Shown here one piece after another: positions 47,255-61,990 of a stretch of DNA of 64,000 nt. Under the pieces are notes generated by a model. That model worked only from the letters and a program-made list of their open reading frames with translations, was not told where the DNA came from and made no database searches. Positions within the stretch are counted from its first letter, which is position 1. Each line of letters opens with the position of its first letter. This stretch comes from the human T2T-CHM13v2.0 reference genome, Homo sapiens. The translations under genes were made by a program, and so were the position numbers. The stretch lies in assembly GCF_009914755.1 (NCBI RefSeq), contig NC_060937.1, one strand, 5' to 3'.

Positions 47255-47914
47255 CTAGGATTTCTAATTTGAAGACAGAAGCAATAAACAAAATGAGAAA
47301 CCAAAATACATTCGTTTTGATTAAAGCAGAGGTCAGCCATAACTCTGAACCTAAAAAGGAGGTCACCTGAAGCAGCTGTGAGTGAGCAGGGTAAGATAGG
47401 AAGCAGAGAACCGATGCTCATTGCCAGATCTTAGGAAAAAAATAATAAATTAGGATGACATACTTTTGCAAAATTAAAGAAATCCCCTGAGGTGCTAATA
47501 AAAAATTTCATTTGTGATAGGACTAATAAAGAAATTCAGCTAGTAGTGGGATCTGTCGTGGACTGAGTTTGATTCCAAGAACAGAAGAGGCAGCACCAGT
47601 GAGAAATAGCACAGACATATTTGCAAAAGCAGCCCTCCCACATTAGGAAGAAGGGATACTTTTGCACAGTGAACAGCACTACAACTGCTCATCTCTTTCA
47701 TGTACTATCACACATGGAATGACTGAGATACTCCTGTGTTCCACACATAGTCCTCCCTGCCCCTACTGAATAGAGAAACCCAATTTCACCTTGGCTATCT
47801 CTAGATCAATTACCTGTTAATAGGTCTGCTGTTTTCTTTACCGTTAGTTTCAAGAAGAACTAAATATCCCCAAATGGTATTTCAGCTTCCACTTAATGAA
47901 ACCTGTCATCTTAA

Positions 47915-48971
<1,057 letters not shown>

Positions 48972-49199
48972 GAAGTTAGTTTCCTCCCTGGGGAATCAAT
49001 ATCTCTAAATGAGGAGAACACAAAGTTTCACAAAAGGGAAGAAAAAGTCTGCAAGTGCAAATTAGGCATAATAGTGCAGGGAGCCCCCTCCCCTTGACTT
49101 TCAGATTCATGTGTTTTTGTTGTAAGATAAATAACACTACACGGTGGTCACTGACTCTAAGTTTATACCACACACTGTAGGACAACATCCCAAGCTCAC

Positions 49200-49800
49200 T
49201 ATGTGTTGTTTACCAGCTGGGAGCATTAACTGAGTTACATGATTCCATTCCATCATGTCAGATTCTTCTAGGTGATGGGGATTATGTTGTAAATCCAATG
49301 AATTGCACAAACATGAGCCTAATACCATATTTTTTTTTTGCAGTGAAATGAATTCCTTAGTCAAAAACAATGTTGTATGGGATATCATGATGGTGAATAA
49401 CAAATTATTTAAGTTCACTCATGGTAGTACCAGCAGAAAAATTGCAAATGTAAAAGGTGAGTTCGTACCCAGAATAAGTGTCTATTTCGGTGAGAACAAA
49501 ATCCCTGAGGGATGGGTTTCAATGTCATCAATCTGCAAGTTGACTGGGTAGCCCCTGAGGGAAGGCTGTCATATTAGCCTTAGTTGTTCTACATTGGTCC
49601 AGATACAATTTGATTATGTAAAGTCGTGAATACCTTCTATCCTTAATATTATGTGCATCTGTCCATGAGCCCATTGAACAAGTATCAGCTGACTAACATC
49701 TATTATATAACATGTCATTGTATGCATACGATTACTCCTCTTCAGTGGATTCCCTCTAATAAGAATTTACTTGGGCTACAAGTATTTTCATACTTCGTGT
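49200..49800 (-). mobile_element. ERVL/MaLR-class internal (integrase) relic
   Basis: The minus strand gives broken HDIPYNIVFD*GIHFTAK...IHW...PHHLEESDMMEWN, resembling the ERVL integrase motif HGIPHSIASDQGTHFTAK...IHWSYHVPHHPEAAGLIERWN. Confidence 0.65.
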
Positions 49801-49821
49801 CTATTTTAAGAAGTCATCTTC

Positions 49822-50122
49822 GGCTGGGCTTGGTGGCTCACACCTGTAATCCCAGCACTTTGGAAGGCCAAGGTGGGCGGATCAGGAGGTCAGGAGATCA
49901 AGAACATCGTGGCTAATACAGTGAAATCCAGTCTTGCCTAAAAATAAAAAAAAATTAGCTGGGCCTGGTGGTGGGCACCTGTAGTCCCAGCTACTCAGGA
50001 GGCTGAGGCAGGAGAATGGCGTGAACCCAGAAGGTAGAGCTTGCGAGCTTGCAGTGAGCTGAGATCGCGCCACTGCACTCCAGCCTGGGTGACAGAGTGA
50101 GACTCTGTCTTGAAAAAAAAAA
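49822..50122 (+). mobile_element. AluY-like
   Basis: ggatcaggaggtcaggagatcaagaacatcgtggctaatacagtg; ggagaatggcgtgaacccag; A-tail; small internal gagcttgc duplication. Confidence 0.9.
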
Positions 50123-50535
50123 TCCAACTATTCAAAAGTAAAGAAAAAAATATGTCAATCCACCATGTGTCCACTGCACACCATCACAAATTTTAAACCA
50201 TGCATGAGCTCACATTTTGAATAGAAGGATCTTGGGGACAGGGGACACTAAAAGCCCCAAATATGGTCCTGTGTGGCATAATGGTTTTTTGGTAAATGCT
50301 ACACTGCATACAATGGTGGTCGCTTAAGATAACAGAGCTGAAAAATTCTTACCATCTAGTAACACTGTGGCCATGATGACATCATAGCACAACGCATTAC
50401 TCATGTGTTTGCAGTGAGGCTGGTATAAGCAAACCCACTACATTTGTCAGTGGCATTAAAGGTTAGCACATCTAATTATGTACCATATGTCATACTTGGT
50501 AATGATAATAAATGACCATGTGACTAGTTTATGTA

Positions 50536-50948
50536 CAGTTGCTCCTTGAACAGCATGGATTTGAAATGCACAAGTTCACTTATATGCAAATTTCCTTCTG
50601 CTTCTCCCACCCCTGAGACAACAGGATCAACTTCTCCTCTTCTCTTCCTCAGGCTGCTCAACATGAATATGCAGACGAAGACCTTTATGATGATCCACTT
50701 TCACTTAATGAATAGTAAACATATTTTCTCCTCCTTATGATTTTCTTAATAGAATTTTCTTTTCTCTTTCTTTAAGAATACAGTATATAATTAACAAAGT
50801 ATGCATTAATTGTTTATTTGATCAGCAAAGCTTGCAGTTAAGAATAGGCTATTAGTAGTTAAGTTTGGGGATAGCCCAGAGTTATATATGGATTTTCAAC
50901 TGCACAGGAGCTGGTCCCCTAACCCTTGCACTGTTCAAGGATCAACAG
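50536..50948. mobile_element. Tigger2a (MER28)-like MITE nested in Tigger3
   Basis: TIRs cagttgctccttgaaca ... tgttcaaggatcaacag, flanked by TA on both sides (50534-35 and 50949-50). Confidence 0.8.
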
Positions 50949-51559
50949 TATTTACAATACTATACATTTTATTCATATTTTAGAGTGTAGTACTTCTACT
51001 CATGAAAAATAATTAACTATAAAACAGCGTCGGGAAGGTCTTTCAGGAGTTCTTCCAGAAGAAAGCCTTGTTATCATAGAAGATGACAGCTGCATATATG
51101 TTATTGCCCTTGAAGACCCTGAAGACCTTTCACTGGGACAAGATTTGGAGATGGAAGACAGTGATATTGTTTATCCTGACCCTTACAGGGCTAAGCTAGT
51201 GTGTGTGTTTGTATCTTAGTTTTTAACAAAAAAGTTTAAAACATAAAAAATAAAAATAAATAAAGCTTATCGAATAAGGATATAAAGTATTTCTGTACAG
51301 CTGTTCAATGTGTTTTTGTTTTAAGATGTGTTATTATAAGAATCAAAAAGTTAAAAAAATTAAAAGTTTATAAAGTTATGATAAGCTAAGATGAACTTGT
51401 TAAAGAAAAATTTTAAATACATTTAGTGTAGCCTAAGTGTACAGTGCATATAAAGTCTATAGTTATGTACAGTAATATCCTAGGCCTTTGCATTCACTCA
51501 CCAAGTACTCACTGACTCATCAGAGCAACTGCCAGTCCTGCAACCTCTGTTCATGCTAG

Positions 51560-51876
<317 letters not shown>

Positions 51877-51942
51877 TGTACTATGTTTTTACTGTATCTT
51901 TTCCATGTTTAGATATTACTATTGTGATATAACTGCCTACAG

Positions 51943-52580
<638 letters not shown>

Positions 52581-52869
52581 GCCTACTGTATTCAGCACAG
52601 TGACGTGCTGCCCAGGTGTGTAGCCCAGGAGCAATAGGCTGTACGATATAGCCTAGGTATGTAGTAGGCTACACTGTCTAGGTTTGTATAAACTACATTC
52701 TATGGTGTCTGCACAGCCACAAAATCACGTAATGATGCATTTCTTGGAATATATTACCATTAAATGAGATTTACCTGTATTAGTGTCATCTCAGGTTTAT
52801 TGTCTAGTAATTTTAAAAGTATTTGTATATTCTTTCCCAGACACATCATCATACTCTGGTGCATATCTC

Positions 52870-53260
52870 TATTTTATTCCCTAGACCCATTCTTAATTTT
52901 TCTACGTTCTGCTTTGTTCCTTAGGAGGCTCACCTGAATTGGATACTGCAGAGATCTCCCTTACCCTCATGCTTTTATTGGGGTTCAGCTAATGGAGGGG
53001 GTGGCAGAAGATAGGTGAGAGAAGAGTGTGTTTATCCCCCACCTCTGCCCCTGCAGGGTCAGCACAGGCAGACTGTGTCCCTTTGCTGAAGATCACAGCT
53101 TCTGTCTGGTGCCTTCTTGGCAAGCTGGCACTCTCTCTAGTCAGGTGACTGCTTGGCCCCTTACTACTTACACTCTTCTGTCTGGTTTCTTTGTGTCTTT
53201 CCTGCTGTGCTGTAAGTAGTCCCTTTATTAGAATCCATCCACATTACCCAGTTATATAAA
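52870..53260. mobile_element. Old ERVL LTR (LTR33-like)
   Basis: ttggggttcagctaatggagggg...gcagaagataggtgagagaagag...tttatcccc and tgtaagtagtccctttattag resemble recalled LTR33 motifs. Confidence 0.5.
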
Positions 53261-53923
53261 GACAAATAGTTGGTCACTGATCTAGTTCACTCCCTGAGAA
53301 TCAGCCTTCATCAAAGATCCCTAGCAGTCAGATATTCTGTTGGCCACTCCATTCCTGCTCCCCATTATTCTAGTTGTGTCTTCCTTGTCTCTAGTGCAAT
53401 CACAAAGCATAAGCGCCTCCACTGTCACTTGTTCTTTGCAACTCTAGGATCACATCATTCCCCTTGAAATCAGAGAACCCACAATCTCCCCAAACCCACA
53501 AAATTCAGCCGTCACAGTACTTTTCAAGCATGCCAGCAGCCCTCCCCAACAAACGAATCCTTAATTTCTTAGAGAAACATCTTCTGGGGCTTCCTGTGGG
53601 ACACAGTGTGGGTCGGCTTGGCATGTGGATCACACCTGATATTTTTACCCCCACCTCCTACTATTCCTATTCCTTTGTATGCACCTCTCTTTATTATGCT
53701 AGGAAAGCTCTGGCAACACAACCTCAAAATAAGCAGGCCAGTGTGGATTCACAGTTTCTGTCAGACAAACTTGAGCACCCCTTCTAACTTCTTGGGCTAA
53801 GACTTTAACTTCAGAATCTCTATGTATCCATGTTGATAAACTTAGCCTATGTCAAGATTATATTCTGCATGCCTTAGTCAAACACCATGTAAATCTATGC
53901 CTCATATATTCTCTAGGCTTTAG

Positions 53924-54302
<379 letters not shown>

Positions 54303-54624
54303 GACTCCATTGCACTCTTACAGACCATGTTGACAAAATTATAACTGCAACAGTCAACTACAATAGCAATTTTACCTCTCATATACCACTTGAAAAAACA
54401 CATCATTCCCAATAACCACATTTGATGATTTAAGTAATCACGATACAACCGTACACCTACAGATGATCAGGTTTCTGTCTACTCCTGACAAGAAGGTCAG
54501 GAATTCATTCCGACTAAAACGGGTCAGCAAACCAGTTCCAGATTCTCATCTGTAAAGATCTACTTCTAGAGGTGTCCACCTGGAGCCTGGTGAACATTGG
54601 ACATCAAACACCAGGTTGACACTA

Positions 54625-57600
54625 TTTCTTCATCTTCAACAAAAGCCACAGAAACAAGCTTTGGAGAAAGAACTCCCTCCTCTCAATAGATGGTGCTGAG
54701 ATGAAACGGCTAGCCAGTTGCAGAAGAAAAACAGTGGGCCCCTGTGTCTCACCATGTACAGAAATTAACGCAAGATGAATGAAAGCTGTAAATGCAAGAC
54801 CTCAAACTATTAAAAGCCTGCAAGGGAACCTAGGAAACACACTTCCTGACAGAGGATTTGGCACAGCATGGATATGCCTAAGTCCCCAAAAGCAAGTGCA
54901 ACTAAAACAATTATTGACAAGTGGGACCTAATATATAAAAGAGCTGCTGAACAGCAGAAGAAATTACCAACAGAGTAAACAGAAAGCCTACACAATGGGA
55001 GAAAATGTCCCCACATATGCATCTCATGAAGTCTGATTTCCAGGATCTACCTCAAAAATGTTAAGCAAATAAATCAGCAAAACAAAAACTCAGTGAAGAA
55101 AGGGCAAAGGGCATGAAAACACACATCTCAAAGGAAGGTTTATAGCAACCAACGGACAGGACATTTCTCTACCTCAGTAATCATCAGAGAAATGCAAAGC
55201 AAAAGGCCCATGAGATAGTATTTCACACTGGTCAGAATGACAATTATGACACAGTCCACAAGAATGAATGCCAGCGAGGCAGAGGAGGAGAGGATGCTGG
55301 TCTGCTGTTGGTAGAAATGCAAACTAGTTCAGATACCATGGAAAACGATGTGGGGATTTCTCAAATAACTTTCTCGACATCACCAATCCTCACAAAAATG
55401 TCCACAAAAACCACACTAAGAGTCCATCTCATTCCACTCAGAATGAATACTAACAAAGACAAACAAAACACAAATTTTTAAAGGTGACAGCCAGTGTAGA
55501 CTTACAGAAGAGAAACCTCTTAAATGCTATTGGTGGGGATGTAAATTAGTATACACACTATGACAAACAGCTAGAGGTTCCTGAAAAAATTCACAGTACA
55601 ACTACCATGTCAACTAGAAGCCCCATCACTGGTTCCACAATTAAAGCACTTGAAATCCCTAGGTTGAAGAGAGTTACCTGCCTTCCCATGGGTACTAAAG
55701 CACCCCTAACTGTGGCCAAGGTACAAAACCAACCTACCTGTCCGTACACAGCTTCAGGGATGAAGAAACTGCCATACAGATACACCACGGAATATGTTTC
55801 AGCCATAAAGCTTTGGGAAATCCTGCCATCTGCAGCCACATGAAGAAACCTGGAGAACGTCAGGTCCAACAAATGAGCCTGGTAGAGAAAGTCCCATGCC
55901 ACGTGATCTCAGACATGTTGACTGAAAAAAGCTTTATCTCCTAGAAGTAGAAAGTTCAATAGGGATTACCAGAGGCTGCTGGGGAGGTGGAGAGGGTCGG
56001 GGAAGGAATCCGTAATGGGTACAAAGTTACTGTTAGATGACAGTAATCAATTCTGGTCTTCTATTCTACAGCAGGGTGACTAGCCTTAATACAAATGTAT
56101 CATATATTTCAAAGTAGCTAGAAGGAAAGATTCTGAATGTTGTTACCACTCAAAAAGTAGTAACTATGAGGTGAAGAGATGCTAAATAACTTGATTTTTT
56201 CATTACTCAACATATACATGTATCGAAATCTTCCTTGTACCCTCTACTTATATACACTTAGTGTATGGCAAATAGTGTTTTAAGAAATACAAAGAAACAA
56301 TGCCAAAATTTATGTGGAAATATGAAACACCCTGAATTTCTAAAGCAATCCTGAGAAATACAAACCATATGGGCTGCATCACATTCCCTGAGTTCTAATT
56401 AAACGAAAATCCCTAGTTAACCAATCCATATGTTACTGGCATACACAGAGAAACACAGACCAGTGAGCAAAATGAGAGCGCTCAATAATAAACACAAATT
56501 TACACAGAGTGAACACATTTTTCAAAACACCACCAAAACAACACAATGGGGAAGGTTTCCAAAACTAGATATCCATATGCAAAAGAATAATACAGGACTC
56601 TTGTGGTACTAAATAATACAGGACTCTTGTGGTACCAAAAAAAACACTTTAACTCAAAAGGATTAAAGATTATTCACAAAACTTGCAACCATAAAGCTCT
56701 TATAAACACAACCTCGAGTATGTGTATATTTAGGGAAGCTTGGATGTATGCTCACGGTTTGCAAAAAGTGTGGTACTAAATAATACAAATAGTGTGTACT
56801 AAATAATAAAAAATATTTTTATTTTGTATTATTTTGTATTTATACTAAATAATACAAAATATATTTAGTGTACTAAATAATACAAAAAGTGTGGTACTAA
56901 ATAATACAGAAATAATTCACAAAACTTGCAACCATAAAGCTCTTATAAACACAACCTCGAGTGTGTGTATATTTAGGGAAACTTGGATGTATGCTCACAG
57001 TTTGCAAAAAGTAACAAAAATACAAGGGAAAAATCACTGACAATGGACTGCTTTGGCACTGATTTTGTTTTTTCTTGATTAGTAAACAATAGCACACTAA
57101 CCAAGAAATTATACACATGTGGGACCTCATCAAACTGAAGAATTTGTGCCTAAAAAAGGAAAGAACGAACAAAATGAAAAGGCATACTAAAACTTATAAG
57201 AAAAGTTTGGGCAAACATACAGTGGATAACAGGTTACTTTTGAAAAGGCACAAGCCAGTAACACTAACAGCTGGCAAAAAAACAAAACAACAGAGAAATA
57301 ACCAGACCAAAATTGGGCAAATAACCTGAGTAGATATTTGTGCAAAGAAGACAGAAAACAGATTCAACATTTATAAAAACGTGGTTAACATTACTACTCA
57401 TGAGAAAAATGTAGATCAAAACCACTCTCAGATCTTATCTCACTCCAACTAGAATGAACATCACAAAAAGATTAAAATATTTAAAAAGAAAATTCCTAGT
57501 ATGAATTTCCAGAAAGGGGGACTGTTTGTGGAAATGTAAATTGGTATTAACACTATAAAAAACAGTTGGGAGTCCTGCAAACAATAGAAAAAAAAAAAAA

Positions 57601-59560
57601 GGAAATAACATACCATCTAGCAGTCCCACTACTGGCTATACATTCAACCTACCTGTTCACCCACAGATAAAGAGATCAAGAAACTCTCATATACACACAC
57701 TGGGGAATATTCTTCGGCTATCAGAATAATCAAACAGTGTCATTTAGAGCAACCCAGATGAACCTGGAAAACATTATGTTAAATGTGATGAGCTAGGCCT
57801 AGAAAGACAAACACTGCATGATACCACTCATGTGAAATCTTAAGATGTTTATCTTAAAGAAGTAGAAAGCACAATATTGGTTACCAGAGTCCGGGAGACA
57901 GAAGGGGAATGGAGAAGGATTGGTTATGGAAACAAAGTTATCTTAACATTAAAAGAATAAATCTGAGTGTTCTCCTCAGCCTGGTGACTGGACTTAACCG
58001 TATTACATTTTTCTAAAGAGCAAGGAGAATTTTGAATGTTCTCTTTACACAAAAATAATACCTGTATGAGGGAATAGAGATCCTAAGTACCCTGATTTGA
58101 TCATTACCCAATTTATATGTATAAAAATGTACCCCTAATTATGGCCCTTTATGTTGTAAAAAAATTAACAGAAATAAATACATAGTGCTAAAAATCACAG
58201 GGAACCACAAAAGCAATGAATATCTAAAGGAATCTTGAGAAATACAATCAAAGTGAGAACCCATAATCCTTGATATCAAATTAAATTGCCAAGTTGTAGT
58301 TATGCAGTAGATATATGGTACTTGCATAAAAAGAAATACCTAGAACTATGGACAAAAACAGGGAGGACAAAAACAACACAAATATGGACACAGTCAACTG
58401 ACTTTGATAAAGAACACCACAACGTGGAAGGCAGAGTCTGATCAATGAATAGCTTTGAGAAAAATGATATCCGGATGCAAAAGCGAGAAACAGGACCCTT
58501 ATTTTACACGATGTATGAAAATCAACCGCCCCCCCATCAACTGAAGGCCAAAACAAAATACCATAAACCACAAAATGTTTTTTAAAAAATTACTGTGTTT
58601 ACTTAAGTAAAACACAGGTTGAGCATATATTTTGGGTCACTTGAATCTCTGCTAACCTTTGCAAAGAGGAAAAGAAACAAACACCCTGGAAGAAAAACCT
58701 CACTGACAATTAAATGCTTTGTTACTGATGCATATTTTCTAATATGGGTGACCATTATGACACGCATAAAACGCAAAAAAAAAAATATGGGACTACATCA
58801 ACGTGAAAATTTTCTGCATAGCAAAGAAAACTACTTTCCAAATAAAAAAGCATCCCATAGATTATGCAAAAATTTCAGGCCATCATGTAATTCACGAGGA
58901 GTTGTCAACTAACGTGTACACAAAAAAGAGTACAAAGTAGAAAAAGAATCCAATCTAATATTTCGCAAATAACCTGAACAGACAACTCTGCACAGATATA
59001 AAATCGAACAACAGATAAGAGATAAGGTCCTCAAAATTAACTATTCATTAGAATACTGTAATTCAAAACCACACGCAGATAGTCTCACACTTATTGAATA
59101 TTCCTAGAAAAATTTTTTAAAAATAGGAGGGTCTGGGAGCCGTGGCTCACGTCTGTAATCCCAGCACTTTGGGAAGCCAAGGAGGGTGGATCACCTGAGG
59201 TCACGAGTTTCAGACCAGCCTGACAAATATTGTGAAACCCCGTCTCTACTAAAAATAAAAATACAAAAATTAGCCGGGCGTGGTGGCGGGCGCCTGTAGT
59301 CCCAGCTACACAGGAGAATTGCTTGAAACCGGGAGGTGGAGGTTGCAGTGAGCCGAGATGGCGCCACTGCCCTCCAGCCTTGGAGACAGAGCGAGACTCC
59401 ATCTCAAAATAACAAAAACAAAAACAAATTGGAATGGGGGTTTGGTTTTGGAGAAAGGGGAACTCATACACTGTAGGTGGAAATGAAAATTAGGGTACAC
59501 ACCATGGAAAACAGTTAAATAGCTGGAAACTCCTCAAAGAATTGAAACTACAGATGTCCC
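54625..59560 (+). mobile_element. Head-to-tail series of old L1 (L1MA/PB-like) ORF2-3'UTR segments
   Basis: L1 landmarks recur. The ORF2 '...ggaa...aagcaatcctgagaaatacaa' segment occurs at ~56300 and ~58190, and L1MA-type 3' ends (...tcattac.caa..tata..tgtat..aaat..tgtaccc) at ~56200 and ~58100. Confidence 0.75.
59130..59428 (+). mobile_element. AluSx-like with small right-arm deletion
   Basis: ggatcacctgaggtcacgagtttcagaccagcctgacaaatattgtgaaaccccgtc; deletion junction cccagctaca/caggagaattgc; A-rich tail. Confidence 0.9.
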
Positions 59561-59619
59561 CTGCTCTAGCGAGGTCTCTTTCTAAAGGTCCTGAGGCATA
59601 AAAAATAACCCTAGACCCC

Positions 59620-61230
59620 AGCTCAGAGGCCCGTGGGGCTCGGAGGGACCCAGTCCAGCGCTTCACCGCTGGCTCTGGGCCAGGGCGCTCCTATAGGCTG
59701 GACGCGGGTCGGACAGGGGCATAGCCTTCCCGGCGGGGGTGTGGACGCTGCCGAGGCCCGGATCCCACAACCGCCCCAACGCTGACGACTCGGGCCCAGA
59801 TGCCCACTTAGAAGTCAGGGCCCGAAAGCAGGGAGCGGCCGGGAAGGAGTAGGGAGACCCAGAGGGTTCCAGGTGGGGTTCATCCCCCTCCACTTACCGC
59901 CGAGGCCTGCCACCTCCTCCACCAACAAACGGAAGCCACCACATCTTCTCCGAGACTCGCTCTGACCACGCCGCCGGTGCTGCCCGGGCCTCGCACGAAG
60001 CGCAGTCTCGGCTTCCGTCGGGGCCTGCATGCTGGCAGCGTCCCTGGCGCCAGGCTGAAGCACCACCCCCTCTTGAAGGGGCCGCGGCTGGGACTGGGCA
60101 GAAGCAGCTTCGGGTTGCACAGGCTGAGCGTCTGCCCAGCCCCAGGGGTGGACGAAAGACCCCCAGTCTCTCATCCTCCCGGGCTCTAGGGCCCTAGAGG
60201 TCGCAGAAGCCCCTCCTGTGACCCCAGCCCCTAAATCGGCTCCCTTTGCCTGAGGAGCGCCCGGGACCTGCCCCTGCCCTCCTCGGGACCTCAGCTTCAC
60301 CATCCTCAAAGAAAGCGGCCTGGCTGGAGCTCTGGGGTCCCTCAAGCTCGGCGCCTCAGGATCCAGGGTGGGCTCCCCTGCCCCTCTGCAGAGGGGGCCC
60401 AATAGCCACGGAAAGCTGGGGGCTGGAGGGACAGTCCCGAGGGCAGCAGGGCGTCCTTGGCCTCACCGTCTACATTCGTCCTGTGGGAGCCCGGGGGCGT
60501 CGCTAGGGCCCAGACTCCTGCGGCCTCACTAGGGCTGCCTGGGTCACCGGGCTCCCCAGGAGGCAGGCAGGGACCCTGGGGTCCAGCGCTGCCCCCACCT
60601 CAACTCCATTCAGCGTCAGCATCCGCGAGGGGATCCTGCGGACTGGACCCAGACCCACTCCTTCCCGGGGAGCGGGACCCGCATCGGTCTCTGTGACACC
60701 CAAGGGAGGGGCCGTGCTGACCTCTCCCGGGGATCTGGGGGCGAGGTGGGGGAATCTCGGCCACCTCTTGAAGCTCGCTGAGCCCCCCACCCCAGAGAGC
60801 GCTCAGGAGCAAAGGAAAGGACGGAGAGCCCACACATTTTCTATCTTTCATTTCCGTTTTTTCTTTTTTCCCCCCTCCAAAATGAAAGACGTGTGTAGCT
60901 TTGTCCCCTGTACACCATCCATTCCCCAGGGCCGCTGTGCGGATCCAGCCCGCTGGTTGCCTCTAGGGTCCTGGGCGCCCGGCGGTCCGCATGCAGCCCA
61001 GGGCCTGCCCAGGTGAGGTCTGCGGCCGCCACAGCGCTGAGGTCCCGCTTGGCCGGGGCGCACGGGCCGCTGGGGATGCCGGCTGCGAGGCTCCGGGGAG
61101 GTGGAGCGGGAGGTTTTCCCAGGCTCTGGCTGCAGAGCTCTTGATGTCACGCCTGACACCCTCCATCCACCGCCTCGGGGCAGCGCTTCAGAGCCCCGGC
61201 AGAGGCAAGAAGTCGATCACTTCGTTCTTC
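59620..61230. promoter_or_regulatory. CpG island / putative promoter with first-exon-like splice donors
   Basis: Sharp GC- and CpG-rich block. ETS core CGGAAG on the minus strand at 60012-60017; minus-strand donors GCG|GTAAGT (59898) and ACG|GTGAGG (60467); plus-strand donor CAG|GTGAGG (61012). Confidence 0.7.
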
Positions 61231-61439
61231 ATTCGTTGGAAAAATGGAAAAGCACATTATAATCCCTGGAACAACCACTTCAGAGAAAGAGCAAAAAATT
61301 AAAATAGGATTGTAAATGACACACTGAAATAAGTTGATTTTAAAAATGGTAGTCAATGGAAAAACAGGATCAGAAGACAGGAGAGACAGGGAAAACAAAT
61401 AAGTTATCTGACTGAAACAGAATTAGAAACTAACAACAG

Positions 61440-61600
61440 TAAGAAATATTGGACATCTGAAAATATGTGAAAATTTAACAACCCACCTCTAAATCATTGG
61501 ATCAAAAAAAAAACACAAGATAAATTGGAAAATATTTTGAGCTGCACTCCAGTTTGGGTAACAGACTGAGACCTTGTTTCTAAGAAAACAAAACAAACTT
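61440..61600 (+). mobile_element. Short L1 ORF2 fragment fused to an Alu 3' end fragment
   Basis: aatatgtgaaaatttaacaacccacctctaaatcattggatc...aaatattttgagctg, then cactccagtttgggtaacagactgagaccttgtttct and an A-rich tail. Confidence 0.6.
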
Positions 61601-61629
61601 CAAAAAGCTATAAAATTAAATGCCAACTT

Positions 61630-61990
61630 TCCCCTTTACCCAAACTCTCCGTGGCTCTCCTTTGCCCTCAGAGTCAAGCCCATGCTTCTCACTGTGGGCT
61701 CCAAGACCTAGGTGGCCTGACCAATGCACACCCTATCACGATCTCCTCCTCTGCCCACTTGCTCACGCTGTCCAGTCACACACACTCTTTATTTTTGCAA
61801 ATGCCAAGCTCCTGATCACCGCTGGGCCTTTGCCACTGCAGTTCCGCCTGCCAGGACCAGTCTTTCCCTAGACCTTCTCATTCCTGCCTCTTCCTGGCTT
61901 GGCTGCCTCTTTCTGGTGCTTCAGGTCTCAGATCAAATGTCACCTCTTCAGAGAGGACTTCATTGAAATCTCTGCCTAACACAGCCCGTA
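61630..61990 (+). mobile_element. L2 fragment
   Basis: gggcctttgccactgcagttccgcctgcc...tcaggtctcagatcaaatgtcacctcttcagagagg, a typical L2 3' region. Confidence 0.7.

Noticed and set aside
59663-61302. Overlapping 60-195 aa ORFs in the CpG island
   Set aside because: Pro/Gly/Ala/Arg-rich ORFs in all frames are expected from GC content, and no domain is recognisable.
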